From a bacterium (lineage in GTDB: Bacteria > Margulisbacteria > Marinamargulisbacteria > CANKTL01), in the NCBI GenBank assembly GCA_947486405.1, contig CANKTL010000003.1, positions 1 through 42,465 on the forward strand: a stretch of DNA of 42,465 nucleotides, written 5' to 3'. Positions 27,658 through 37,174 of the stretch are shown here, piece after piece (the stretch's first letter is position 1; each line of letters begins with the position of its first letter). The position numbers and the translations under genes were made by a program. Below the pieces are notes generated by a model. It saw only the letters and a program-made list of their open reading frames with translations. It did not search any database and had not been told where the DNA came from.

Positions 27658-30425
27658 GCAGGTGCTCCTGGTTGGGGGATGGTGACGGGTCCGTAGCTGA
27701 CGATCGCGGTTTCGCAACGCTCGCAAATGTGGTTGTTGAGGGGTAAAACTCTCCAGCAACGCTGGCATTTGTCGCCAGTGGCCAGTTCGATTTGGTAAGA
27801 GAAAGTGTCGCCGATGGTGATATGGGCTTGGCTCACTATTAAAAGAGAGGCCCAATCGCACTCAGCCACGGGGGCGGGTAGGGTCAAGCTGATCGCGCAT
27901 TCCATAAAGCTTTTGACGCGTTTGTCATTTCGCCATTGTTCGAGTTCCTGATAGATCTTGGATTTGGTTTCCAATATACCGGCGTATTTTTCAATTAACG
28001 CGGTTTGAGGGGCTGCAAAATAAGGGGCCGGGAATTGGGTTAAATGAACACTATCCAGACGGGGGCCGGGCCAAAACTGATACGCATCTTCCATGCTAAA
28101 TACCAAAACGGGTGCTAATAATTTCATTAAACGGGAAAACAGTTCCGCCATTGCAGTTTGGGTGCTCCGGCGGTCATTTCCGGTTTTTTCACCGCAATAA
28201 AGGCGGTCTTTCACGGCGTCCATATAATGGCTACTCAAGGTGACCGCGCAAAAATCGTGAATACCGTGGGAGATGATATGGAAATCGAAGGTTTCGTAAG
28301 CGCCTTGAACTTTTTCAGATAGGGCATCCATTTCGGCCAATATCCATTGGTCCAATTCATTTAAGTTGGCACCAGGCAGCGCATCTGTTTCTGGATTGAA
28401 GTCGTAAAGATTGCTGAGCAAAAACCGAAGTGTATTTCGCACTTTGGAAAAGGCATCTTGCACTTGTTTGAGAATCGCATCGGAAATCGCGACATCGTTT
28501 TTGAAGTCGGTGGAGAGCACCCACCAGCGCAGTACATCTGCGCCCATTGTTTTGAGTACGTCTTGGGGGCTGACCACGTTACCGACGGATTTACTCATTT
28601 TTCGGCCTTTGTCATCGACCAAAAATCCGTGGGTGAGAACGGTTGTATAGGGGGACTTGCCGTTTGCCGCAAGGGAGATGAGTAACGAAGATTGGAACCA
28701 TCCGCGGTGTTGGTCGGACCCTTCGAGATAGAGGTCAGCCGGGTACGTTTGGGTGTTTAATACGCTGGCAAAACTAGAGCCGGATTCAAACCAAACGTCT
28801 AATATATCGGCTTCTTTTTTAAAGGTAGTACCGCCGCATTTTGAGCACGATAATCCGGCAAAAATCGACTCGGCGGGTTCTGAAAACCAGCCGGCAGTTC
28901 CGGATTTTTGAATCAAAGTCACTATTGCCGCGTTAAATTTACCGGTCATTTCGGGATGTTGGCATTTTTCACACTTGGCCACGGGAATGGGGATGCCCCA
29001 GCTGCGTTGGCGAGAGATGCACCAATCAGGTCGTTTTTCGAGCATGCCGCGAAGCCGTTTTTCGCCCCAGGCGGGTACCCAGTTTACTTCGTCGATTGCG
29101 TTTAATGCCGCTGAGCGAAGGGTGGTGCCGGTGTGGGCCATTGGGGTATCCATTGCGACAAACCATTGTTCGGTGGCCCGGAAAATAACGGGGTTTTTAC
29201 AGCGCCAGCAATGGGGGTAGCTGTGGGCAATGAATTGTAACTTCATCAGCTTGCCCAGAGATTCGATGTGTTGGGTAATCGGTTTGTTGGCATCAAACAC
29301 AAAGGTGCCTGGCCATTGCGTGGTTTCGTCTAAGCGGCCTTTTTCATCCACTGGCATTACAATCGGAAGGTTGTTTTGCAGTCCGGCGATATAGTCTTCT
29401 TGACCATGACCCGGCGCAATATGCACAAACCCGGTGCCATCCTCTTGCGTGACGAAATCGGCAAGGATAACGGGGGCCATGCGATCGATGAACGGGTGTG
29501 CGGTTTGCGTACCCTTTAGCTCAGAACCTAAAACGGTACCCAGTGTCTTAACGCTGGTGAGTTCAAGGGTGGCGATGGTTTTTTCTAACAACGCGGCGGC
29601 GAGAACAAAGTTGCCTTGATCTGATTGAATCACGGAATAGTTGAAATCGGGGTGGGCGGCTAAAGCCACGTTAGCGGGCAGCGTCCAGGGGGTTGTGGTC
29701 CACACTAGGAAATGTGTATCACAGGCGATTTTTTCAAGCGCAGGAGATGCGGTTTTTACCGTAAATTTCACCGTAATCGATGGCGATTTATGGTCGGCGT
29801 ATTCGATTTCAGCTTCGGCCAACGCGGTTTCGCAACTCGGGCACCAATGAATCGGTTTTCGGCCTTGATAAATCAGACCGTTTTCAGCCATTTTGCCAAA
29901 CATCTTAATGACGCCAGCTTCGTATTCGGGGTTTAGCGTTAAATAGGGCTTCTCCCAATTTCCCAAGATGCCCAGCCGTTTGAATTCGTTGCGTTGGTTG
30001 TCCACATAATCCAGCGCAAATTGTTTGCAGCGATTCCGAAACCACGCGACATCTGCCTTTTTGGATTCTTCTTTGTTCTTTTTCAGTTCTTTAATGACCT
30101 GCGTTTCAATCGGGAGTCCGTGGCAGTCCCAGCCGGGCGTGAAGTCAATTTTACTGCCCGCCATCCATGCGGCGCGGTTGACGATATCTTTCAGGATTTT
30201 GTTGAGCGCGTGGCCCATATGGATGTTGCCATTGGGGTACGGGGGTCCGTCATGAAGCGTATATGTTTTGGAAAATTCAGTTTGTTTTTGGGCCCGAAGT
30301 CCGTCTAAATTTTGGGTGGCCCATTTGGCCAAATATTCAGGTTCTTTCACCAATAAACCGGCGCGCATCGGGAATTCCGTTTGCGGTAGGTTGATGGTTT
30401 CTTTTAACGAAGTAGATTCGGACAT
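27654..30425 (-). CDS. ileS: Isoleucine--tRNA ligase (type 1)
   Basis: LHDGPPY, HMGH, GWDCHGLP, WTTTPWT, DWCISRQR, EGSDQHRGWF, KMSKS, C-terminal Zn finger; start at MSESTSLKET. Confidence 0.98.
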   Translation of the reverse strand: MSESTSLKETINLPQTEFPMRAGLLVKEPEYLAKWATQNLDGLRAQKQTEFSKTYTLHDGPPYPNGNIHMGHALNKILKDIVNRAAWMAGSKIDFTPGWDCHGLPIETQVIKELKKNKEESKKADVAWFRNRCKQFALDYVDNQRNEFKRLGILGNWEKPYLTLNPEYEAGVIKMFGKMAENGLIYQGRKPIHWCPSCETALAEAEIEYADHKSPSITVKFTVKTASPALEKIACDTHFLVWTTTPWTLPANVALAAHPDFNYSVIQSDQGNFVLAAALLEKTIATLELTSVKTLGTVLGSELKGTQTAHPFIDRMAPVILADFVTQEDGTGFVHIAPGHGQEDYIAGLQNNLPIVMPVDEKGRLDETTQWPGTFVFDANKPITQHIESLGKLMKLQFIAHSYPHCWRCKNPVIFRATEQWFVAMDTPMAHTGTTLRSAALNAIDEVNWVPAWGEKRLRGMLEKRPDWCISRQRSWGIPIPVAKCEKCQHPEMTGKFNAAIVTLIQKSGTAGWFSEPAESIFAGLSCSKCGGTTFKKEADILDVWFESGSSFASVLNTQTYPADLYLEGSDQHRGWFQSSLLISLAANGKSPYTTVLTHGFLVDDKGRKMSKSVGNVVSPQDVLKTMGADVLRWWVLSTDFKNDVAISDAILKQVQDAFSKVRNTLRFLLSNLYDFNPETDALPGANLNELDQWILAEMDALSEKVQGAYETFDFHIISHGIHDFCAVTLSSHYMDAVKDRLYCGEKTGNDRRSTQTAMAELFSRLMKLLAPVLVFSMEDAYQFWPGPRLDSVHLTQFPAPYFAAPQTALIEKYAGILETKSKIYQELEQWRNDKRVKSFMECAISLTLPAPVAECDWASLLIVSQAHITIGDTFSYQIELATGDKCQRCWRVLPLNNHICERCETAIVSYGPVTIPQPGAPA

Positions 30426-30432
30426 TTTTAGT

Positions 30433-30461
30433 AGTATATGAAAAACGTGCGGAAAGGCCAA
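30433..30461 (-). promoter_or_regulatory. Promoter for probably leaderless ileS
   Basis: Minus strand TTGGCC-17 nt-TATACT, then 7 nt to ATG 30425; no SD. Confidence 0.6.
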
Positions 30462-30515
30462 GTTCTGGAATATAAAATGGACGCATCCTTAACTTGTGGG
30501 TTATAAATTGAATCT

Positions 30516-32102
30516 ATGATCTTTTCAAAGCGGATGGCCGGATTTTTAGCTGCGGCCACAGTGGTTTTTCTGGGGCTTTTTGGGTGTAGTAAGTCCAATT
30601 CCAATGACCACACTTTGACGTTGAGTTTGGCGGGTGAGCCAACCGTTTTAAATCCCATTTTATCGACTGATACCGGCTCTTCGACGGTCCAAAGCTTTGT
30701 TTTTAATGGCCTGTTGAAGGTCAATGAGAATTTGCAGTTTGAGCCGGATTTAGCCGAATCTTATACCGTGAGTTCGGATGGATTGATCTATACATTTCGC
30801 CTTAAAAAAGGGGTGAAGTGGCAGGATGGAAAGCCATTTACGTCGGCAGATGTTTTATTCACATTCGAACGCCTACTGGATCCTAAAACCAAAACAGTTC
30901 GACGCAGTAGCTATGTGATTGATGAAGTCCCGATTGTATTTAAAGCCCCCGATGACTACACATTTCAAGCGACCCTTCCAAAGCCGTTTGCACCCGCCCT
31001 TGCGAGCCTGGCCACTGATATTCTGCCCAAGCATTTACTCGATGGCCAAGATATCAATACTGCCACATTTAATCGGCAACCAGTCGGTACAGGGCCCTTT
31101 AAGCTGACCAAATGGCAGGCGGGTGCATTTTTGAAATTGGATCGAAATCCCACATATTTTGGAACGGCCCCTAAACTCAACTCTGTGATTTTAAAAATTA
31201 TTCCCAATGAAGTAACGGCGTTGGCGGCATTTGAACGGGGTGAGCTAGATATGGTGGGTGTTCCGATTAAGGACATTCAACGCATCAGCCAGAAAGAAAA
31301 GACGCGAATTTTGCGCTATTACCCCCTGCAATATGATTATTTAAGTTTCAATTTGAAAAATGCGTTATTTAAAGATGTAAAGGTGCGTAAAGCCATCGCG
31401 TACGCAATCAACAAGCCTGCATTGGTTAAAGGGGTGTTGCAAGGCTACGGCACGCAGGTGGATATTCCCGAAAGTCCGTCGATGTGGACGTACCCTAAAA
31501 AACTGGGGTTTGAGGCGTACACATATCAGCCTGAGACAGCCAAAAAACTCTTGGCCGAGGTCGGATTTAAGCCTGGCAACGACGGAATATTGGTCAAAGG
31601 TAACCAACGATTTGAATTTACGGTCATTACACGTGCCGGGAATAAAGACCGAGAAAAAGCAGCTCAGATTCTTCAGAAATATTTGGCCGATGTGGGCATT
31701 AAAATGAATATCCAGTCGATGGAATGGGGTGCAATGTTGCAGCGTGTGAATGCGCCCACGGATCCCAAGCCGTTTGATGCTGTAGTGCTGGGATGGTTTA
31801 GCGGGATTGAGCCGGATTCTTACTCGATCTGGCATTCCTCGCAATATCCGAATGGGTTTAACTTTGTGGCCTATTCGAACCCGAAAGTAGATACCTGGCT
31901 GGCGCAGGCCAGAACGACGGTAGATCGGGGTGCCAGAAAGACAATTTACCAATTGATTTATAACGAAATTGGGCGTGAAGTACCCTATATCTTCTTATAT
32001 GTGCCCGAATCGGTTACTGCGGTGCACGACGGGGTAACGGGGTTATCAAAACCAGGTCCGGCCGGGTTGATGGTCCATATTGAATCAGTGGACGTTGAAT
32101 AG
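30516..32102 (+). CDS. Peptide ABC transporter substrate-binding lipoprotein (OppA/DppA/AppA family)
   Basis: Lipobox LFGC, PDLAESY, YTFRLKKGVKWQDG, PVGTGPF, VRKAIAYAI. Confidence 0.95.
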   Translation: MIFSKRMAGFLAAATVVFLGLFGCSKSNSNDHTLTLSLAGEPTVLNPILSTDTGSSTVQSFVFNGLLKVNENLQFEPDLAESYTVSSDGLIYTFRLKKGVKWQDGKPFTSADVLFTFERLLDPKTKTVRRSSYVIDEVPIVFKAPDDYTFQATLPKPFAPALASLATDILPKHLLDGQDINTATFNRQPVGTGPFKLTKWQAGAFLKLDRNPTYFGTAPKLNSVILKIIPNEVTALAAFERGELDMVGVPIKDIQRISQKEKTRILRYYPLQYDYLSFNLKNALFKDVKVRKAIAYAINKPALVKGVLQGYGTQVDIPESPSMWTYPKKLGFEAYTYQPETAKKLLAEVGFKPGNDGILVKGNQRFEFTVITRAGNKDREKAAQILQKYLADVGIKMNIQSMEWGAMLQRVNAPTDPKPFDAVVLGWFSGIEPDSYSIWHSSQYPNGFNFVAYSNPKVDTWLAQARTTVDRGARKTIYQLIYNEIGREVPYIFLYVPESVTAVHDGVTGLSKPGPAGLMVHIESVDVE

Positions 32103-33144
32103 CGAGTTCCCTTCGATACCACCCATTGGCAAGCGTCGATTTTTTTGGAATCGGGGCGTTGCACTTGTTCGATTCTTTTGGTCGCCCTTTGCGAGGCGTA
32201 TTTATATTTCGTTTGGGGTTTTGATCGCGGTATCGGCCGTTTCGTTTTCGGTGATGAAGCTGGCCCCGGGCGATCCAGCGTCGTTTTTGATGGACCCTCA
32301 GATGAAACCAGAGGCCCGCGAGCAATTTCGGCGGGATTGGGGGTTGGACGAGCCTATTCCGTTGCAGTACGCAAAATGGCTAAATCAGGCTGTGAATGGC
32401 AACTTGGGGTATTCACTGATTTCCCACCAACCCGTATCGGATGCAATTGCCGATCGGCTTCCTGCCACCTTGCTGTTGATGGGCGTTTCTTTTGCCTTAA
32501 TTCTGATTATTTCACTCCCGCTGGGCGTATGGTCCGGGGCCAAAAAAGGTTCTGTGTTTGATCGCATTACAATGCTGACCTCCTTCGTGGGATTTTCGAT
32601 TCCCACGTTCTGGCTGGGCCTGGTTTTGATCCTGATTTTCTCCGTGAAACTAAATTGGCTGCCGACCTCTGGTATGCAGGATCCGATGCTGACCGATGCG
32701 GCCTTGCCTCAAAAAATTGCGGACATCGCCAAGCATATGGTATTACCGGTGCTGACTATCGTGATCGGTGGATTGGCGGGACTGACGCGCTACCATCGCT
32801 TTGGTACTATTCAAGTTCTTTCTCAAGAATATATTTTGGCGGCGCGGGCCCGTGGTATTCCGGAATGGCGGATTTTGTATATTCACGCGCTTAAAAATGC
32901 CGCATTGCCGTTGATTACAATTATGGGCATTCAGCTCCCAGCGTTGGTGGGCGGCTCGTTTGTGATTGAATCGATTTTTGGATGGCCCGGCTTGGGGCAG
33001 CTGGGTATTTCGGCGGTGTTTGCCCGGGATTATCCGATTTTGATGGGGATTTTGATGATGTCTTCGATGTTGATTGTGGTGGGTAATTTGGCGGCGGATT
33101 TTTGCTATGCCAAAGTCGATCCCCGGATTCGGACGCGCATATGA
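32080..33144 (+). CDS. Peptide ABC transporter permease (OppB/DppB); start uncertain
   Basis: LAPGDP, GLDEP...QY, EAA loop AARARG, IESIFGWPGLG, RDYP. Confidence 0.93.
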   Translation: MNQWTLNSEFPSIPPIGKRRFFWNRGVALVRFFWSPFARRIYISFGVLIAVSAVSFSVMKLAPGDPASFLMDPQMKPEAREQFRRDWGLDEPIPLQYAKWLNQAVNGNLGYSLISHQPVSDAIADRLPATLLLMGVSFALILIISLPLGVWSGAKKGSVFDRITMLTSFVGFSIPTFWLGLVLILIFSVKLNWLPTSGMQDPMLTDAALPQKIADIAKHMVLPVLTIVIGGLAGLTRYHRFGTIQVLSQEYILAARARGIPEWRILYIHALKNAALPLITIMGIQLPALVGGSFVIESIFGWPGLGQLGISAVFARDYPILMGILMMSSMLIVVGNLAADFCYAKVDPRIRTRI

Positions 33145-33983
33145 AGCCGCTGCAGTTGTTTTGGCGGAATTGGCAAAATCGAGTCGCTGTTTATTTTTTG
33201 GCAGTGGTAATGGTGATATCGGCCGGTTCGAAGTTTATTGCTGCAATCGATCCTAATTATTTTGATCCCGCGCATATCTATCCGGTGGCCCCCAACGCCC
33301 ACCATTGGTTGGGTACAGATGACATGGGCCGAGACATTTTATTTCGTTTGATTGCGGGAGCGCAGGTGTCATTTAGCATCGCGATAATGGCCGTTGGCAT
33401 TTCGATTGGCGTGGGCGTTATTTTGGGCCTAATCGCCGGGTATTGGGGCGGATGGATTGATGCTTGTTTGATGCGAATTGTGGACTTTTTAATGGCGATT
33501 CCAACTATTTTTTTGATTTTGGTGATTCAGTCTATTTTGAATCCGAATATTGTGACGGTGATGGTGGTCATCGGGCTGACCTCATGGATGGACGTGTGCC
33601 GTATGGTACGCGCTGAAGTGATGAGTATAAAGGAACGGCCCTTTGTGCTGGCCGCACAGGCCCGGGGAATTCGGGGGTTGCGCCTGATTCTGGTTCATAT
33701 TTTCCCACACACCTTGAGTCCGGTTATCGTGGCCGCGACATTGGGTCTGGGGGGCGCCATTTTAACGGAATCGGTAATCAGCTTTTTGGGCCTGGGGGTT
33801 CAACCTCCCTATGCCTCTTGGGGGAATATGTTGGAAAATAGTCTCGCCTATATGAACGATGCCCCGTGGATGATATTATCGCCTGGCATTATGATTACGA
33901 TGACCGTTCTGGTTCTTAACGTTATTGGCGACGGTTTGCGCGCCTCACTCAATCCCAAGGAAAACTATGTTAAAAGTTCGTGA
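33141..33983 (+). CDS. Peptide ABC transporter permease (OppC/DppC)
   Basis: HWLGTDDMGRD, AAQARG, ISFLGLGVQPP.ASWG, GDGLR; ATG 33141 overlaps the upstream stop. Confidence 0.94.
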   Translation: MKPLQLFWRNWQNRVAVYFLAVVMVISAGSKFIAAIDPNYFDPAHIYPVAPNAHHWLGTDDMGRDILFRLIAGAQVSFSIAIMAVGISIGVGVILGLIAGYWGGWIDACLMRIVDFLMAIPTIFLILVIQSILNPNIVTVMVVIGLTSWMDVCRMVRAEVMSIKERPFVLAAQARGIRGLRLILVHIFPHTLSPVIVAATLGLGGAILTESVISFLGLGVQPPYASWGNMLENSLAYMNDAPWMILSPGIMITMTVLVLNVIGDGLRASLNPKENYVKSS

Positions 33984-34929
33984 TTTGGTCACTCAATTTC
34001 GGGTAGATGATCATACCGTTTATGCGGTAGATGGCATTTCGTTTGATGTCCAAGAACGGCAATTGGTGGGATTGGTGGGAGAGTCCGGCTCTGGAAAGTC
34101 GGTGACGGCGCTGTCGATTTTGAATTTGTTGGCGCATAACGGACGTGTGGTGTCAGGTGATATTGAGTGGCAGGGCAACTCATTACGGAATCGGTCTCAG
34201 AAAGAGTGGACGCAGATTCTGGGTCGCGAAATTGGCATGATTTTTCAAAATCCACAGGCCTCTTTAAACCCCGTTTTTACTATCGGTGATCAAATGATTG
34301 AAACCATTCGCCTGCATACAAAATGCAACAAAGCTGAGGCCAGTGAAAAAGCGATTTCGCTGTTGCGCCAGGTGAACTTGGCCGACCCCGAACTCCGCAT
34401 GAATGATTACCCCCATCAGCTATCTGGCGGCATGTGCCAGAGAGTTATGATCGCGATGACGTTGTCGATGTCGCCCAGATTACTCATTGCTGACGAACCC
34501 ACGGGGGCCCTGGATGTTACAATTCAAGCACAAATCGTTCGCTTGCTGGCCTCATTAAATGAGTCGCTGGGGATGTCGGTGCTACTCATTAGTCATGACC
34601 TAGGGGTCATCAATCAGTTTTGCGACTATGTATACATTATGTATTTGGGCAAAATTGTGGAAGAAGGGCCTCCCAAGCTCATTTTTGAATCGCCGCAGCA
34701 TCCCTATACCCAGGCGCTTTTGGCGGCGGTCCCCAGTGTTCACTCCAATCATACCTATTCTGGCATGGTGGTATCGGGTGAGATCCCCAGCCCCATTAAT
34801 CTGCCCACAGGGTGTAGATTTCATCCTCGCTGCCCATTTGCAATGGATCGCTGTACCTTAGCTGTGCCGGAGTTATATCCGGTCGGCGATGGCAAGGCAG
34901 CTTGTTTTTTGGTGGAATCTTCGAATTAA
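33967..34929 (+). CDS. Peptide ABC transporter ATP-binding protein (OppD/DppD)
   Basis: GESGSGKS, YPHQLSGGMCQR, ADEPT, HPYT, GCRFHPRC Fe-S tail. Confidence 0.95.
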   Translation: MLKVRDLVTQFRVDDHTVYAVDGISFDVQERQLVGLVGESGSGKSVTALSILNLLAHNGRVVSGDIEWQGNSLRNRSQKEWTQILGREIGMIFQNPQASLNPVFTIGDQMIETIRLHTKCNKAEASEKAISLLRQVNLADPELRMNDYPHQLSGGMCQRVMIAMTLSMSPRLLIADEPTGALDVTIQAQIVRLLASLNESLGMSVLLISHDLGVINQFCDYVYIMYLGKIVEEGPPKLIFESPQHPYTQALLAAVPSVHSNHTYSGMVVSGEIPSPINLPTGCRFHPRCPFAMDRCTLAVPELYPVGDGKAACFLVESSN

Positions 34930-34962
34930 GGACCCAAGTTTCGGTTTGGATTTTGTCAGATT

Positions 34963-35814
34963 TCAGGAAGTGGCCGTATCCGCCTCAACAAAACCCCGAT
35001 AGACCTCGCAAATCTGAGTCGTAACCGCCTGGCTGGCAAGCCCGGTATAGCCAGAGACTTCGCCCACCCCAATCACGCCTTGAATGCCGCTGCACAAGAA
35101 AATTTCATTGGCCACTGTCAACTCTGAGCGATGAACCTTTCGCTCTTCCCATTTGAGGCCCAATTTTTCGATGGATTTTTGAATGATGGTCCTGGTGATG
35201 CCTGGGATAATATCGGGCCGCATCGGGGTGGCCACGCGTTTGCCTTGCACCAAACACACAGTGGAAAAACTGGTTTCAAGCAAGTTCCCTTGGGGGTCAG
35301 TCCATAAAATATCTTCAGATTGTCCCTTGCCGATGAGCTCATAAAAATTGCGTAAATAGGACATCGTTTTGTGTTGATGAAGGGGGCTTCTAAGCTCTGT
35401 TTCTTGTTTAACGAATAATTTAACAGGGGGTCGGGTGGCAGTCGGGGCTAAGGGTCGAAGCAACATCCATAATGAGGTGCTGGGAACTTCAAAGAATCCG
35501 TGGGCCGTGGTGAAGTTGTCGGCGGTTAGATACAGGTTTAACCGGGCATCTTTGACCTCGTTTTTTTTAATCAACGCGGTAATCCACTGTAAAAATTGAT
35601 CGTGAGAGACCAAGAAGGGCAGTTTTAAGCCCTGGGCGGAGTGCACCATTCGGTTGAAATGGGCCTCTAAAAACACCCCTTTTCCGTTGTGCACCAAGAT
35701 GGTTTCAAAAAGGCCGTAGCCATATAAAAATCCGATGTTATCAAAGGGAAATTGAATGTCCGATGCGGCCTCAATCTGACCGTTAACTGAAACGTAGGGA
35801 TGGTGTTGATACAT
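34963..35814 (-). CDS. pabC: Class IV aminotransferase, probable aminodeoxychorismate lyase
   Basis: YGYGLFET, HFNRM, catalytic Lys in HKTMSY, PGITR; follows pabB. Confidence 0.75.
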   Translation of the reverse strand: MYQHHPYVSVNGQIEAASDIQFPFDNIGFLYGYGLFETILVHNGKGVFLEAHFNRMVHSAQGLKLPFLVSHDQFLQWITALIKKNEVKDARLNLYLTADNFTTAHGFFEVPSTSLWMLLRPLAPTATRPPVKLFVKQETELRSPLHQHKTMSYLRNFYELIGKGQSEDILWTDPQGNLLETSFSTVCLVQGKRVATPMRPDIIPGITRTIIQKSIEKLGLKWEERKVHRSELTVANEIFLCSGIQGVIGVGEVSGYTGLASQAVTTQICEVYRGFVEADTATS

Positions 35815-37174
35815 TGGCGTTGTAGGTCCTTGCTGCCGCTAAAATACCGGCTGATTTGTCTAAGGTTTCTTGCCACTCGGCGGTGGGATCTGAATCGGCC
35901 ACAATGCCGCCACCGGCGTGAAAATACCACCGATTGCGGTCGCCGTACATCGTGCGAATGGCAATGTTGAAATCGGCGTTCCCCGAATCGGACCAATAGC
36001 CAATACTGCCGGTGTAAATATTGCGTGGTGTGGTTTCGAGTTTGGCAATGAGTTGAGCGGCGCGAATTTTGGGCGCACCGGTAATGGATCCGCAGGGGAA
36101 CAGGGCTTGAAACACCGATGAAAGAGTAATGTCGGGTCGTAATTTCCCGGCAATGGTTGAGATCAAATGATGCACCTGTGCAAAACTGGACACCTGTTTG
36201 AGATTGGGGACCGAAATACTGCCCGTCTCGCAAATTCGGCCTAAATCATTGCGAATTAAATCAGTGATCATGAGCAACTCGGCACTGTCTTTTTTAGAGT
36301 TGAGGAGCTCGTTTTTGAGTGCGGCGTCGATATCGGGGTTGAGGTTTCGGGGGCGGGTGCCTTTGATGGGGTTGCAGGTAATTGCGCCGTCGGAAATTTG
36401 GAAAAATCGCTCGGGCGACGCGCTGAATATAGTGCCCGATCCTAGGTTGATCAGCGCGGCATGCGGGGCGGGCGACGTGACACGCAGGGCATCGTAAAAC
36501 CGAATAGGGTCAATTTCGCCCGTCGCGCTAAATCGGTGGGATAAATTGGCTTGGTAAATGTCCCCGTTGGTGATGGCGTCTTTGAGTTCTTTTACTAATG
36601 GTAAATAGGTTTGTTTTGAAAATAATGAGGTAAAAGGGGAAATCTGCTTTCCGGGGCCGGGTTTAAATTTGCTGGCCGTGATGTCGGAAAATGCGATGGG
36701 AAAAATCGCGGGTTCGGAGGAATCGTTTTCAAAATACCAGGCCGATTTTTGGCCTTGGTGAATGGCTACCCCGTGATTGAAAAAGCCCACCACTGAAATC
36801 GCGGTTTCAGGTGGTGTTAAAAATGAAAAATCAGAAAAATGATTGGCCGATTCGTATCCAAAATAACCTACCATGCCGCCCGAAAACGGGATATTAAATT
36901 CACTACTGGGGGGAACCAACTCTCGTCGCTTCTCAAGTTCAACTGTGGCCAACTCAAAAATAGAAGCCGGATCATCATATGAGTCTTTCGCGGTAATTAC
37001 CCGGCAGTGATCCCGATACTGAATAATAATTTTAACCGGCGACCATCCTAGGAAGGACCAATCTCCCGCCGTGTGGCCATAACAACTATCTAAAAAAAAG
37101 GAGTAGGGCATCCGGCAAACAGACTTCCATAAGTCCAATGCCTGACGGTAAAAAATAGGGTTAGTGCGCAGCAT
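35783..37174 (-). CDS. pabB: Aminodeoxychorismate synthase component I
   Basis: GDIYQANL, SASPERF, PIKGTRPR, AELLMITDL.RNDLGR, FPCGSITGAPK, NIAIRT, GGGIVADS. Confidence 0.9.
   Translation of the reverse strand: MLRTNPIFYRQALDLWKSVCRMPYSFFLDSCYGHTAGDWSFLGWSPVKIIIQYRDHCRVITAKDSYDDPASIFELATVELEKRRELVPPSSEFNIPFSGGMVGYFGYESANHFSDFSFLTPPETAISVVGFFNHGVAIHQGQKSAWYFENDSSEPAIFPIAFSDITASKFKPGPGKQISPFTSLFSKQTYLPLVKELKDAITNGDIYQANLSHRFSATGEIDPIRFYDALRVTSPAPHAALINLGSGTIFSASPERFFQISDGAITCNPIKGTRPRNLNPDIDAALKNELLNSKKDSAELLMITDLIRNDLGRICETGSISVPNLKQVSSFAQVHHLISTIAGKLRPDITLSSVFQALFPCGSITGAPKIRAAQLIAKLETTPRNIYTGSIGYWSDSGNADFNIAIRTMYGDRNRWYFHAGGGIVADSDPTAEWQETLDKSAGILAAARTYNANVSTPSLRFS

Noticed and set aside
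27658-27861. Long N-terminal extension of the PfkB kinase in the ORF track
   Set aside because: It lies inside ileS; ATG 27657 with an ATGA overlap and the family N-terminus is the better start.
19490-31952. Long antisense ORFs such as 19490-20080, 26864-27478 and 31365-31952
   Set aside because: Each lies opposite a well-supported gene and has no motifs; they are codon-bias shadows.
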